Positions 1 to 14,014 of a DNA stretch of 64,000 bases are shown here, piece by piece. Position 1 is the stretch's first letter, and every line of letters starts with the position of its first letter. Under the pieces are notes generated by a model. It was not told where the DNA came from, ran no database searches, and worked only from the letters and a program-made list of their open reading frames with translations. The translations under genes were made by a program, and so were the position numbers. Origin of the DNA: Lytechinus pictus (lineage: Eukaryota); contig NC_087248.1 of the NCBI RefSeq assembly GCF_037042905.1, positions 29,450,001 through 29,514,000 of the forward strand, given 5' to 3'.

Positions 1-693
1 AATGTTTGCCAAAGGAGGGGGAGATGTAAGGGGATGGGTTAGAAGGGCAACGGGGGGGGGGGGGGGGGGGGGCAAAGGATAGTGATGAGATCTTGATCCA
101 CACTTGCTCACAACTAATCTAACAGATCCTTAATTGTTCAGTAAACCCCCCCCCTGCCCCCGACAGTTGCCATACGGGGAATTGAAAATGGCTGTTTTAA
201 CAGTTTTTGTATCAGCTACATATGGGTAGTTTGAATAAAATTAGATTAAATGTGACTGCAGTATTGCAGATCTTATCTTGTGAAATTCATTGAAAATAGT
301 GGAGGGGGGGGGGGAGCAAGTTGGCACAGAGAGGGGTAAAGAGAATGGGGGGCAAAGGATGGTTATGAGACCCCAGCCTCCCCCTTCTGCATGCGACCCT
401 GATCTCATAAACCTATATTTTAATTTGCACATAGCTGTGGGAGGGGTATTGTGTGGGAGACTGTAAAGTGCGATGAGGGGGAGAGTTCAATCAAAGATTG
501 ATATAATAAAGTCTCTCTTCTCAAAATGTTGACAAATGAGCGGCAGTAAACTGCTCATACTAGTAGGTACATAAACCCAAATTGCTTTTGTGAAAATGAT
601 CCCTATGTATTATGCTCCATGCAAAATTATCAGGGGCAAACTTCCTTTACTCTTTCACAAGATAACATAAGGAAATATGAGCTAAAATTATAT

Positions 694-1300
694 TTAAAGG
701 TCAAGTCCACCTCAGAAAAATGTTGATTTAAATCAATAGAGAAAAATCAGACAAGCATGATGCTGAAAATTTCATCAAAATCGGATGTAAAATAATAAAA
801 ATTATGACATTTAAAGTTTGGCTTATTTTTCACAAAATAGTTATATGCACAATTTAGTCACATGCAAATGAGAGAATCGATGATGTCCCTCACTCACTAT
901 TTCTTTTGTTTTTTATTGCTTAAATTATACAATATCTTTATTTTTTACAGATTTGACAGTAAGGACCAACTTGACAGAACCATAAAATGTTAAACAATTG
1001 TAATTCCACATGTTCGGGGAGAAATAAAATCTGTTTCATGGGACAATGAGGAGAAAATTAGATTATTTCATATTTCATATAATAAAATACAAAAGAAATA
1101 GTGAGTGAGTGATGTCATCATTTCCCTCATTTGCATACTACCCGGATGTGCATATAAAAATATAAATTAAGCAAAACTTTAAAATGTTATAACTTTGTTA
1201 TATTACATTCGATTTTGATGAAATTTTCAGTGTTATGCTTGATAGATTTTTTTTCTTTTTATTCAAATCAACATTTTGTAGGGGTGGACTTGTCCTATAA
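694..1300 (+). mobile_element. Non-autonomous TIR element, family A (Kolobok-like, TTAA target site), copy 1
   Basis: TTAA-AGGTCAAGTCCACC...GGTGGACTTGTCCT-ATAA ends; long imperfect internal inverted symmetry; near-identical copies at 36234 and 38465. A TTAA target with RR...YY termini is the Kolobok pattern (classification inferred). Confidence 0.85.
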
Positions 1301-1665
1301 GAAAAGGAAGTACTAGGAATCCAGCTTACAGTTTGTAACTTTGACTATATTTATTAGATTGAGAAATGGAATATGAGAAAGGAAGAAAGAGAAACGTAAC
1401 CTGAGGATAATGAAAAAGAAGAAGAGGGTTGGATGAAAAAGGATGGGAGATGATTATAAGCAGCGAGGGAGCCCTTTATTCTCTGACCTCGGACATCAGA
1501 TATGTGAGTCAACACAATTTTTTCCGCAGTGAACGTTAAAGGGAGAACGTTGGAGGGTCGGCAGCCAGTTTTCTGGAGGCCTAAATAAAATCATCTTGAC
1601 CTTATAATTAGGCTCGCCTAGGGACATCTGGAGTGTCGTGAGATGTTTAGAGGTCTTCATTTACT

Positions 1666-2151
1666 TTAAAGGAGAATGGAACTCATGGATCTTGAATTAG
1701 ATAAATTCAACTAAAAATTTGAGTAAAATTGGAAATAGAAAGTTATTAGAATTTGAATATTTGGAACACTAATGCTGTGGAGATCCTCCCATTGACAATG
1801 TGAACAAGATCTTAGATGTCTTACGCGCTCTCCTTTGGACATTGAAACCGTACCTAAAGCAATATTTTTGCTCATTCTTAAAATGGAACCATACAATTCA
1901 TCCATGATATAATGTTTTTACACATCCTGTCCTGAAAAAGAGCACCTGATCTTATGGTGGACAATACAAAAAAGTAGATTTATTTTTAGGTGAAATATGT
2001 ACTAAAGTGAATGTGAAATCACAGCATTAGTGATCTCAATATTCAAATGCTTATGAATTTCTTATTATTCATTCTTTTTTTTCCCAAATGTTTCTGTGAT
2101 TTTTCTCTTCTGTATAAATTTAACTGGTTTTTAATCTTCATTCTCCTTCAA
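1666..2151. mobile_element. Old Kolobok-like MITE
   Basis: TTAA-AGGAGAATGGAA ... TTCATTCTCCT-TCAA terminal inverted repeats. Confidence 0.55.
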
Positions 2152-2254
2152 AGGTAGTTAGTAACTTTGTCCAGGACTCAAAATCAATCTCACCATTCCA
2201 GCAACTGTTGTAATGAGAATAATCCTGCTGGTATATGTGATCTACTTGGTATCA

Positions 2255-2390
2255 TGCTATTACCCTAAGTTGTAGCTGAGCCCTGTATAGGCGCTTAAGC
2301 ATTCAAGGAAGAAATTCTACCGGGTTCCCATTTAACTCACCTGAGTCGAGAGCAGCCAATGTGAAGACCTTTCTTGCTGAAGGAAATTAA
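2255..2390 (-). mobile_element. SINE body fragment (same family as 10438-10736)
   Basis: Shares 'gcattcaaggaa...ttcc...cccatt...ctcacctg.gt.gag.gcagc...ttcttgctgaaggaaa' with the full SINE. Confidence 0.7.
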
Positions 2391-3586
2391 CAATGTATAG
2401 TGACAAACTTTCTGGTCAAACACGCATTGCCTGAGCTTTGCAGACTATGCAGGCATTCGTACATCAATATATCCATGGTGGTATATTAAGCTACTTCTAT
2501 ACTATCAACAATTCTTGTCAAGGGCATAGCCTAATCTTTGTATTTCACAGTTGGCCTGCGTTGGATCATCCAAACTGGCTATTACTGCTGGCAGCCCAAG
2601 AAAGCCTTACAACAAACCTCAATTTTATTTTTTTAAATACTTTTTAGATAGTGAGTTCCATTTTGTCTGGAGCTTTCAGAAATTGTTGATTCTTTTCTTA
2701 ATTTTAATGAAGTTAATTAATCCCTTTAAAGACAAATTCTGGTCTTAAATCTATAATAATGCTATAGATTAAATTGTTAATTTTCGTCTATTTGAACATG
2801 TGGTGTACCAAATACTTGTATGACTTCTTGGTCATGATTTCGAAATGACTTGAATGAATGAGTTTGTGTTTGTTCCACCAAAGTAAAAACCCCAGAAATG
2901 CTTATGAAAGTAGGAATAAGCAGAAAACATCTTTTGTAACAAAACGTCCAAACATTAAAGTTTTTTTAAATGAACCATGTTTGTCTTTTTATAATTTTTT
3001 TAATTCTTCAACTTAGAATGTTGATAATCAATTCAAGAAATTAAGAAATAAATGTTTCTAGAAAACGTGCATTCAAGGTGAATTATTCAGTTGACGTAAG
3101 TGAGAAAAAAACAAGTCTATATGTTCTGTATCTCTGATTATGTTTTGAAGGTATTCCTATCTTTATCTAAATCTGAAGTGTTTTCTCCCTCCCTTGATGG
3201 GTAATTATTTTTCCTCAATACATATCTGAACACATGGAGTGTCTTCTTGTTTGTGTTTTTATCACAATCAACCTTGTAACTCTCAAGAAAAGTTTGATGA
3301 CATGGAATTCTAGTTTGTTGTTTTTTACAGATTTCAAATCATGCTGTATGGTACTTTGAGTAAAAAGTTTCATAATAGAGCCTCAGAGAGATGGGGAAAG
3401 GAAGAGAGAGATGATAATTATGATGACAATGATGATGATGATAATGATTGTTTATATTTCTATAGCGACTTTTTTAAGAGACATAAAATGCTAATAAGCA
3501 TCAGAGAGCAGGGAATACAGATACAGATGAAACAGAGAAAGGAGAGGGAGATAGAATAAGGAGGAGATTGTGGGAAGAGAGAGAGA

Positions 3587-4008
3587 GACGCCATTCTCAC
3601 TACCGTCCTAAAACTAGTTTACTGGAAACAAGTTTAACATGTAATGAGAACGGTCAAAGTGGTCTTGGAAGCGATCTTCCAAACCAGTTCAGAAAACCAC
3701 CTCGCGATGTAGTTTTGAAGATTGCTCTGCCTCGTTAAACTGGTTTTAGCGTAAGTGAGGACACGACCGTTCTTTGGGAAGCGATCATCGCACATTTTGA
3801 GCGCGCTACTCCACACACTGTGGAATGCCTATGCTGCGGTTTCGAATTTTGCGCGAAACCGAGTGTTCCCATAGCAACAAGACCGTTTTATGCGAAGTGG
3901 TTTTGAAAACCACTTTCGGGTGATCAAATGGGAGAGCTAGCCTCCAAACTGGTTTCCTGAACCGGTTTCCAGTAAACTAGTTTTAGAAAGTATAATGAGA
4001 ATGGTGTC
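3587..4008 (+). mobile_element. PIF/Harbinger-like MITE family C, copy 1
   Basis: TIRs GACGCCATTCTCACTAC / ATAATGAGAATGGTGTC; repeated AAACTAGTTT/AAACCAGTT motifs; inverted copy at 14878. Confidence 0.8.
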
Positions 4009-4416
4009 AGTGAGAGAGAGAGATGAAATGTAGAAGAGAGATTAATGAAGAGGAGATAGTTATAGGTCATTAAAAAGAATGAGAAAGGGAGAGAGAGAGA
4101 AAGGAAAGTGAAAACAAGGCTTGATGGTAATGAAAGATCTGACATTAATTTTATGCATGTATATAAACTGATTGCATGCACCAAGGATAATAATTAGGGA
4201 ATCTTTCCCAAGATATCTTCTTCTACGTCCTTGTGACGTACCATGAAACATAAAAAGAAAAAAAATTAAGTGAATACTTAATATGGTTACAGCCAATGAA
4301 GTATAAAAAATATTGAAAGTGCAATCTTACCTTGATCTTAAAGTGAATCATGTGCAAGCAGAAAAATGGGTTGGTGAACGATGTTTAGAGGAGCTACTAT
4401 GATGGATCAGGGCTCC

Positions 4417-4811
4417 TTAAAGATAAATTCCAGTTGTGGTAACGATCTGAAATTGACTTTTTACAGAATCTAATATAATGACCACACAAGTGTCTATTTG
4501 TATGAATGAAAAATATGTGCTAAAGGATTCTGGAAGAAATAGTGTAATTGCTGAGAAATAAGCAAAATAAGCGCGGATTCGGTCACTTCCGTCGGGTCTT
4601 TAATAATAATACACTGTCCCACGTGTGCGTATCTGTGTTGGCGATCTTCAGTGTGATCGTATTTCAGCTTAGATTTTATGATTTCACAAGGTTCAGTTTA
4701 TGTAACTGTACCAGATCTAGATCCACGATGATATATCAATACTTTACCTTGGTTTTACAGACGTTCTCACGAAATCAGTGTTTTACTGCAACTACTGTCA
4801 TTTAGCTTTAA
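4417..4811 (+). mobile_element. Kolobok-like MITE family B, copy 1 (nested in an older MITE at ~4408-4963)
   Basis: TTAA-AGATAAATTCCAGTTG...CATTTAGCT-TTAA with TTAA duplicated; near-identical copy at 33529, diverged copy at 60009. Confidence 0.85.
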
Positions 4812-6777
4812 CCTAAAGATTTGCAATCAATCACCAAATGCCAATGACCAATCAAGATTATTGTTACAGGACACTTTGTTTAAAACACTGACTAGGAACC
4901 AATCAGAGTGGCTCTTTCATTATTTGCAATTCATGGCAAATATTTATGGTATGGGGGGCCCCAGTAAGTAGGCATTGCTGGTAACAAAGGAAATTTATAT
5001 CTTTGAGATGAAGTGGTACATAGTACCTCTCTAAATATTTTCAAACATAAATTGAAATTAACGTTGATTAATGTGGCAAACACGTTTTTTTTCTTTTTTT
5101 TATGTACACTCTAAATGCTGACAGTTGTAATTAATTGGCATTTCTTTATGCATTATTTTCATTTCATCGTCCGCTCCTACAAATTAAGACATCATATTTT
5201 TTTTATCCTGCAGACCTAACAAGCTTTGCTTTTTTTATGCAGGTTCCCTCATATTTCACCATGTTTTAAATTGTCTTTGATTTCAAATCGCTGTATTATG
5301 CAATTTAGATGAATGTTGCTATGTCTTATTTTTTATACGATTTTATTTCTTCTGATCTTATATCGTTTTTGTACTATGTTCATGATTATGTGAAATGTGT
5401 AAATAAAGTCAATATCAATATCAATTATTATTATTAGAAACGAAGATTAATAAAAAAAATATCAAGTTATATATAAAAATCTATAAGATAACATCCAAAA
5501 AATGAATAAAAGTTTAAAAAAAGTAAAATTAAAAAAGAAATGAACGCCTAAAGGAAAACCTTATATAATCAGGTAATAAGAGTATTTATATTTCCATTTT
5601 GATTTATTCTATCTTTTCTAAGCGAACAGTTTTGAGAAAAACAAGGAAACATAATGAAGGGGTTCTGATCAACCGAAGCACACAGATTGCATGATATGAA
5701 TTGTTTTCGGTGAATTTTGCATTTCAAATTCATAGCCTACCCCACAAGCAATTTTGAAAAGTTGCAAATATGTTAAACGGCTGATAATAACTTCATACAA
5801 TAAATTAAAATCAAAATCACTGATTCATATGGTGGGTAAATCACAATTTGTAAGGTTATTATATTTTTGCTCCAAGGAGTCTATCCCATGCTAAATTGGG
5901 ATGAATTTTTTTTTTTTATGTGAGGTTTTATCAAACAGTTCAAGTTAAATTGAGAGATTAGGTTCAAGATTTTTTTTTATTTTATAGCTGGAGAGATGAA
6001 GTTCGGGAGCATTGACCTCTTGCTTTGCTAATGGGCTAGCCTGACCTCTTGTGAGGTCACGACCCCTTGGCAGAAAAACAGAGAAGAGGGGGCCAAGGCC
6101 GGTGGCAAGGCTGTGCCCTTGCCTGACAATCGACAATTAAGGGAAATCTCTCTCTTGCTCTTTCTCCCGAGCCTAGCCTCAGAATCGAGGCAGAAATCAA
6201 CTGACAACAGAAAGATTGAAATAATAAACGAGGTCTTTCCGGACGAAGTTAGTATAGTAGAGATTGGATGTGTTACTCATTCACAAGTGCACTTTTTAGT
6301 TCTATCCCCGTTTTTTTCTTTCTTTCTTTCCCCTTGATTTACAGGTTTCCAAGGTCATATGGGAAGCATATAAACCTGAGCTTTGTATGTACTCGGCTTG
6401 AGAGAGCACAATGGGCCAAAGACCTTGAGGAACATGCACAAATGTTCTCCATTGTCTGCTCAAATCTGTTTTCAAATGAATCGTTAAATGAAGCTGAAAT
6501 CTGTTTGCAATACGGAAGGCAGGTCAATCGCACTATGGAAAATTAATGGAGGGAAGGGATGCACTGTGATTTGTGTCCAATTTATTGGTGATTTTATAAT
6601 TTTAAGTGAAGGTGCTTTTTTAATGTTTTGTTGATTGAATCTAGGAACTTTATTTTCCCTTTTCCGTGTGATCTTAGATTAGAGCTGTGTATAATAACTT
6701 CAATAGGTTGCTTAAATAAAGAATTTTATCTAATGCTTCCATGTATTCATTCCCTTTTCTATATACTTCTCTCATTA

Positions 6778-7250
6778 GGTGGTTTCAAACCGCCTCGATC
6801 ACAAGAATCCCCGTTAAATTACGAGAACATTTTTAGGCTAAAAAATACCCATTAATTATTCCTGCATTCAGACCGCCCCGAAACATACACTTCGGGATAA
6901 ATTCCTGAACTTAGGAGCATGTGCAGTATGGTCTAATAAGCAGGCAAGGCGCGAGATTCAAAACTACTAGCCCAGCAGCCACCAACGGCGCCGCACCCAA
7001 CGACACGCTGGGCTAAAAGTTCCCGGAATTTGCTTTCACATCGCCAAAATACCTGCGACCTTGGAAAAATCCCCGCGAAAGTTCTCGTAATTTCGCCAAG
7101 TACCTACTATTTAGCGGGTATTTTCTTTCGGGGAAATTACGCATAGTTTGCTTTCACATTACCAAAATACCTGGTATTTTCTGATCGGGGTAAATTTCCC
7201 GATCAGAGAATACCTGGAACTGACGAACTTCGAGGCGGTCTGAAACCAAC
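6778..7250 (+). mobile_element. PIF/Harbinger-like MITE family D, copy 1
   Basis: TIRs GGTGGTTTCAAACCGCCTCGA / TCGAGGCGGTCTGAAACCAAC, TTA flank; inverted copy at 30044. Confidence 0.85.
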
Positions 7251-8959
7251 TTCTCTCTCATTGTTTCTCTCTCACTGATTTCTACTGTGCTATTCTGTCT
7301 GGGTCAATATTAGGAATTCAAAGAGCCACATTAAATTTAGGCCTATTATATGATTACCAATAGAATCTTCTATTTTACAGTTCAATAGGCACTGGCATTA
7401 CACTCGGCAGTGAATATAAAACAGGAAACAAGTTGTATACCGGTACTTCTTATTGATATAATCCATAACTTTTCCCTAATTTTTTTTTCTCAGATAAACA
7501 TTAATGAGCTCATATGCCTTGACTGAAATCCATATTAGATAAATTCCTAATGAGCTCATATCATATGTTATATCAAATGTGATATTATTGTTAGGGTGCT
7601 ATGATGAAACCAACCGCCCTTTCACATGGTAAAAAAAAATCATAGTTTGAATGATGATTCCAATGAAAAACAAGGCTATAGATGAATTTTAGCACGCGTG
7701 AAACCAAACTAGAATCTTGAACGCTAATCACAATTATGAATTCAAATTCCACTCCGGAGGTGAATTCCAGTTAAGTTTCACTCAAATTACGGGACAAATT
7801 TTCCGTGTGAAAGCTCTGATGATTCTAAAGACAAATGGTAATCATCATTACAGCGATGATTAAAGATAAACGTGTGAAAAGGTCCCAAGTTAATCCAGAA
7901 AAGTCTTTATTTACTTTTAAAAAAAAACGGAATTGGAGAAAGGGATTAGGCTTCAGGAGGAGATTGAGGATGAACGAGACATTTTTGCGGTTAGTCTCTC
8001 AAGGCAAAGCATATCAATTATCCCATATTGGATTGAGCATTTTCCACACACTAGAAGCCCCCCTCCCTCCCCCCCTCCTCCCCCATCCTCCTGATTAGAC
8101 AAAATACACCATTTCTAGTCTGTGCTTTTTCATTTCTTCTGGATCGACATGGGCAATGCCTTGCTAGCCAAGATATGCCAGGAAGTATCCGGTTTCACGA
8201 ATCGCTACAACTGAATGTCGCTCGGAATAGACGAGGATCAAGCGATCGGCGGGATTGCCTGTCTGTCTTTGTTCCGATTCCGCCAATTGGGCTGATCCGT
8301 GCAGGATGCTGGATTAGTGCGATTTAATGATTGCCAGGCTGTTTAATGACTTCTCTCGCACTTTTGCGATTTATTCATGTCGTATGTTATTGCCGAATGA
8401 CGGGACAAAAATGGCAAGGGACAGTGCCTGCATGCAGGGTTTAAGGAAGGCTAAGATGGTTGATCTGAGCCAAGGAGTTTTATCCAGGGAGTATTTCATG
8501 TAGTAAATAGGGCCTAATTGGTCGGTGATTTGAACCATTTGTTCTAAGCTACTGAAATCCTTGTACGTGGTTGGCTGCATTAAGCAAAGCCAATATTGAC
8601 AATGTTTTATAGACATGACTTGCGTTGTCTACCCGAGTTGAAACTTGCATCAATCTATCCGGCTTTGACAATTGGGCAATGTTATGTAAACTCTACAATA
8701 TCCTACCCATCTAACTTTGCTGTATTAGTTACTGGAAAAATGTTCAAAACACTTCACTTTTGGTCGATAATCAAGTGACTTTGGTCTTTGTCTTTGCTGA
8801 ATTCGTTAAGAGGTTTCTAAGTGGTGTATAACAGAGGGAGGGGTGGTTATGTACACAGGGACACTGCAGGGTGTATCATATTAAATGATTATCGACAACG
8901 CACATTCCCCAGCTTGGGCTAAGGTCAAGGCCGTTGAGGTTATTATTAACGAGGCCGTC

Positions 8960-9530
8960 TTGGAAAGAGACAATGTGAGCTTGATTGTGATGAAGAGTTC
9001 ATGTCTGACGAAACTCATTAGGCTCGCCGAAGGTTGATTGAAAAATAGGTGTGATAATGATCGGATGGATGGGGGATTGGGGGGGGGGGTGTGGGGAAAA
9101 GGGGCATCTTCTCTTCTTCACAGTGTAATGAAGCTGGGTTTTTTTTTTTTAGGATCTGGGATACAAAGCAATGAATCTGATTTTAGTGAAGAGTTCATAT
9201 CTTAACAAAACACCTCAGGCTACTCACTGATGTTTGATTGAAATTGGTGATGTGAGAATGATTTTACGAAGGGGGGGGGGGGTTCTACTTTAACAGATGC
9301 AGATCCAGATGCTTGTTCAGAATGTCATCTAGGATAGAAAGTAATGAATCTGATTTTAGTGGAGAGTTCATGTCGTAACAAAACTCATTAGTTAGCTCGT
9401 TGAGGGTTGATTGAAACATAGGTGTGAGTATGATTTTACAGAATGGGGGGGGGGGAGTCTTCTTTCCAGATGCTTGTTCAGATTGTCATCTAGGATACAA
9501 AGTAATGAATCTGATTTAAGTGGAGAGTTC
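8960..9530. repeat. Degenerate tandem repeat, ~160-195 bp period, about 4 copies
   Basis: Anchor G(A/G)AGAGTTCAT recurs at 8992, 9188, 9361 and 9522 with shared 'aatgaatctgattttagtg' and 'ggttgattgaaa...ggtg' blocks. Confidence 0.75.
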
Positions 9531-10437
9531 ATTTCTTTATTTCATTGGGTTCTTAGTGTTACAACTTGCTACTTACATCATAATGTGTGAAGGCAATGTG
9601 TAATAAGGTTAGCAGTGAATACAACTCGGTGATATATTTCTTGAAAAGATGGCTTAATGTTCCAGTGTGCTTAGCTGTTATTAAATGTTCAGATGTAGCA
9701 GTAATTCTAATCAAAGCTATTCATATAACACCAGTGAACTTTGGTTTTCATTCCTAAATTTGCAACAATTAATATAATACCTAGCACACAATAAAATACA
9801 TTCTCACAGAAATTAATGACTCAGAATAAACTAAGAGAAAATAATGGCAGATTAAAAATTAGGTTTTAGAGGTTAAGGATTAGTTTGTTTTTCCTTTTTT
9901 TTTTGTGGCGGGGGGGGGGGGGGAATAACTGCCCTCATTCTTTTTTCATAATGAACGCTGGTTTGATACCATCTTTTGAAAATGATAATAATGACCTTGA
10001 CTATGAGGAAAGATTCAAGTCCAACAAGGTGTATTACTATTTATGGAGCTGGGTTTGTATCAAAATGACTTGTACTTTTTTTTGCAAACCCTATATGGTA
10101 TTAGCAGAATTCAATAATGGAAAAATGTAGATGAAATGCAAGGAATTAGCTTGACTCTGATGAAGAATTCAATTCTTTTTATTACAGTTATATTCAATGG
10201 ATTTTCGGGTTGTAATTGATTTAAGATATTTCCTTTTTTACCGGTAGTCTTTTCAGATAAAATCTATAATTTGTAATAGCCGAGTATGTACACATTCTTT
10301 TTAGTTGTGCACAAATGTCTCCATCCTTTTGAAAATCTAGTCATCATTCAATGTATTGATTATTTTCCTTCTCTATTATGTCTTCATAACAGCATAATAT
10401 AAATAATGATAACATTGGAATTTTATTGTCCACGTAT

Positions 10438-10736
10438 ATAATAATAATAATAATAGTCAGTTCTTGTATAACGCATAACACATTATGAATAACGTCTCTA
10501 TGCGCTTCCAAAGGACTTGGATATTATTACCCCGGCTGTAGCTCAAGCAGCCTTTTTAGCGCTCGGCATTTCAAGGAATGAATTCCTGCCAGGTACCCAT
10601 TCACCTCACCTGGGTTGAGTGCAGCATAATATAGATACATTTCTTACTGAAGGAAAGTACCCCATGACTGGGATTTGAACCCGCGACCCTCTGTTTCAAA
10701 GTTCGGAGACTAATCTACTGGGCCACAATGCTCCAC
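10438..10736 (-). mobile_element. Full-length tRNA-derived SINE
   Basis: On the - strand: A box TGGCCCAGTAG, B box GGTTCAAATCC, central '...CAACCCAGGTGAGGTGAATGGGTACC' body, LINE-like tail ending in (TAT)n. Confidence 0.85.
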
Positions 10737-10904
10737 ATATATAGGGCACCATTGTGGGCCTATGTGCTGGAAATTGTTGTATTTTAATGAAAATGCGTGG
10801 AGTGACTGTGTTCTACTGCATAATTGACAATGAGATTGTGAAAAAACAGCACTTTTAAAGCTGACATTAAAGCAACTCTTCAATCTTTTATGAAAATCTG
10901 ATAC

Positions 10905-11050
10905 GTTGCATAAAAGTTACTGTATGGTATCTTTGCCATCCAATGGTATCTACCATGGTAACGCTGATCAACAGCCAATCAAAATCAAGGATTCCATGCA
11001 AGTTAGAATTGCATGGCAAAGTTACCATAACAGTAACTTTTATGCAATGA
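10905..11050 (+). mobile_element. Short MITE family F
   Basis: TTGCATAAAAGTTAC...GTAACTTTTATGCAA inverted ends; core 'ccatggtaacgctgatcaacagccaatcaaaatcaaggattcc' recurs at 13955, 21987 and 47755. Confidence 0.75.
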
Positions 11051-11652
11051 AGCCTATTTCTTTCTGTTGCGCATTGATATTAATATATTTATGTTTATTT
11101 TTTCTATTCCTTTTTCCTTCCTCGGCTTATCTTGGTGTGTCGTGACTCTGGCATCTTTCTGTTGTTATTACTTGCTACACCTTAACAGGTAAGTTGATAA
11201 TAGTATAAAAGCATACATTAAATGTCTAAATGTGGAAAACTTGTGCCCCTGGTAATTTATTATTATTTTTTGTTAAAAATAGGACAGAAGGATTATGATA
11301 ACATCTTTGGCTATCTATCTAGTACATTAACTAAGTCTGATAAGACTTTAAAAATAAAGTATGAAAATACAGCTATAGTGACACCCAGAGTAATGATAGT
11401 TGCACTTTTGTACCCTATCAAAAAACACTCTATAAATCAAGGTATTATTATAATTATTATCAAACCAAATCAAGAGATATGTTATTGAACTTGGGTAATT
11501 TTTCTTGTGATGTTATAAAAACTACAAGTTATATAAAAGAAACACTTATTCACAAGGGAAAATGCAATGAAGAAGTTGTCTTGTATTCCAAACTCATCTC
11601 TCACTGTCACACTTTAATTTTCCATGAATTTCACTCCTGAATCAGTTCAGTA

Positions 11653-11885
11653 CACAGTTAAAACACTGTTTAAAATTATATACAATATTGTTGACTATAT
11701 AAACCTCACATTAGTTGTTTAACAGTCTAAGCAACCATGCTGAATCTAGTAAGAATAAAGTTTTAAAAGTAAACTTTTTTGTAAAAGATGTTATGCTCTT
11801 GTTTAAACTGTTTAAACAACTATTGTATAGGTTCATGTAGCAAACAGAAATGTATAAAAATTTGAAACAACATTTTTTTGCTGTG
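11653..11885. mobile_element. CAC-terminated palindromic MITE (EnSpm/CACTA-like)
   Basis: CACAGTTAAAA...TTTTTTGCTGTG ends with internal symmetry; related degenerate copies near 13320-13540 and 49260-49432. Confidence 0.55.
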
Positions 11886-14014
11886 CAGGGTTTTATGAAT
11901 TCATTTATCAGATACTGTAATCAATAAAGACGCAATGAATTCTTATACAAGTGTTATTTAAGTGTTGTGTAAGGAAATAATAACTTATTTAGCTGATTCC
12001 TACAAAGATTCACACAATGATATCTCAATTGTTAAAGCATCAAGTTCATTCATTTCAGTAAAAGTGATCGCAATGTCAAGGCCTTGCCTTAATTTTTTCT
12101 GCTAATCCACATAATCTATATAATTAAAACTTCTGATTTTGGTGTCAGATAAACCCATTATTAGTTCCTTTTTGTTTTCACAATGACGTGGTTTCAAGTT
12201 CATTCCTGAAAGTGATGTGTGGTTTGAACAGTCGTCATGAATTCAATCATTTCCCCTTGTAATTTTGAACCTTTCAATGAGCTGTGGAATATTTTGGCTT
12301 TATGGTAATCTATAGAAGGAATTATTTTGCTCTTAATAGATGAATATTAATTTGAATAATGATTTTTCTGCCTTAAAACTACTGCATCAGCCTACATTGT
12401 AAAAAAGTACATAATATTCAGCTTTAATTGAATAATGTCATAATTGCAATATGTCAGTCAAAGATTGCAAATGAGAAATGGTTATCATGGTAATCATCTG
12501 AAAGTACTTTTACAAACTTATAAAAAATGCAAAACTTACCTAGGCTCTCATAATCAGTATACCCCAATATTTTAATTTATTTTGGCAAACTTGAACCATA
12601 TATTGACCAAAGCATCTAACGTTTGCACATTCATTTCAAATCTAGATGGGGGATGAGGGGGGGGGGGAAGTCGCCGTTCACCCATCATTTCCTGAATGTT
12701 CACCATAAAAGGAAAGTTCATTTTGTGTTGTATTCTGATTTTGCTCCTGATTTGAAGTTTGTCCTTGTGAACTTTGTTGACATTTTCAGGGTTATATTCT
12801 AGGTTTTTGGAACAACAATTTCATACACAGCCAGCTGAGAAAGAAGGCCAACAAATTATCTGCCCCAGATCACTGGAGAGAGAGAGAGAACGAAAGAGAA
12901 AAATTAGCTCTAGAGAAAGAGCATGGCTGGAAAGAGAGAAGTACATGTGACTTAGCAAAAAACATTATGAATTTGTAGACCTGATTTGAAGGTCAAATTG
13001 TAATCCTTATTTCACATCCCTGGAAACTCATTGATTAAAATTTCTCCTAAAGTTTCTCTCTCTTTATAAGTATATTGAAATGAAATATAAAATAGGGGAA
13101 TCCCAACATATTTATTTTCATATCTTCAGATGGAAGTAGGATTAGAGTAACAGAAAATATCATCCATGACAAAAGATTTGGGTCAATGATGATATTAATC
13201 CAAATGCAAAATACTTTTTTATAATTCAGTATTCGAGTGTAGAGCTCAGGAAGGTAGCTTCTTGTTGAGAAGTTCTATATAATTTTGTTTAGGATTCAAT
13301 GATTGTATCTGTACAACTATACAGTAGAAATGTTGTTTAAAACTTGTATACAATGTTGTCTAATACATGAACTTGACAGTAGCTCGACAGATTAAACAAG
13401 TGTTTAAATTTTTAAGCAACAATTAAGTTTAATTTTACATATGAAATCTTCAATTAATTAAGCATGGTTGTTTAAATTGTCAAATAACTAATGTAAAGTA
13501 AACAGCATTTTATACATTTTAAATAGTGCTTTTACCGAATAGCCTATAGGCCCTAAGGGAATTATACACTCTTTTTCAAATCTGTGTTCTCCATTCAAGT
13601 CATATTGATTTGTTTTCCAATATATTTTGACTGAAATGGTCAATATATAACTGCCATAGAGTTGATTTCTTGCTATTTCCATTCGTAGTCAAATTCATTA
13701 AGACAATCAGAGTCACTTTACCTTTGCAAAGAGTTCAACATAAATTCAAGTTGACTGAAATGCCAACAATATTTTTTAAAGAACACAAGAAAATGACAGC
13801 CAGACAATTGTTTGAGGTTTCCATAATGAACCCTTGATACTAACTGTATAGATATAATCCAAGAAATATAGCAATTTATTTTCAATTTAAAGGTAAGGGA
13901 GAAAATTTAATTACAAATTTCAACATTAACATGTTAAATCAAATCTTGTTCTATTGCTTTGCCATCCAATGTCATGAAATCCTTGATTTTGATTGGCTAT
14001 TGATCATTATTACC

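Noticed and set aside
10660-10736. tRNA gene
   Set aside because: A and B boxes are followed by a SINE body and tail rather than an acceptor stem and terminator.
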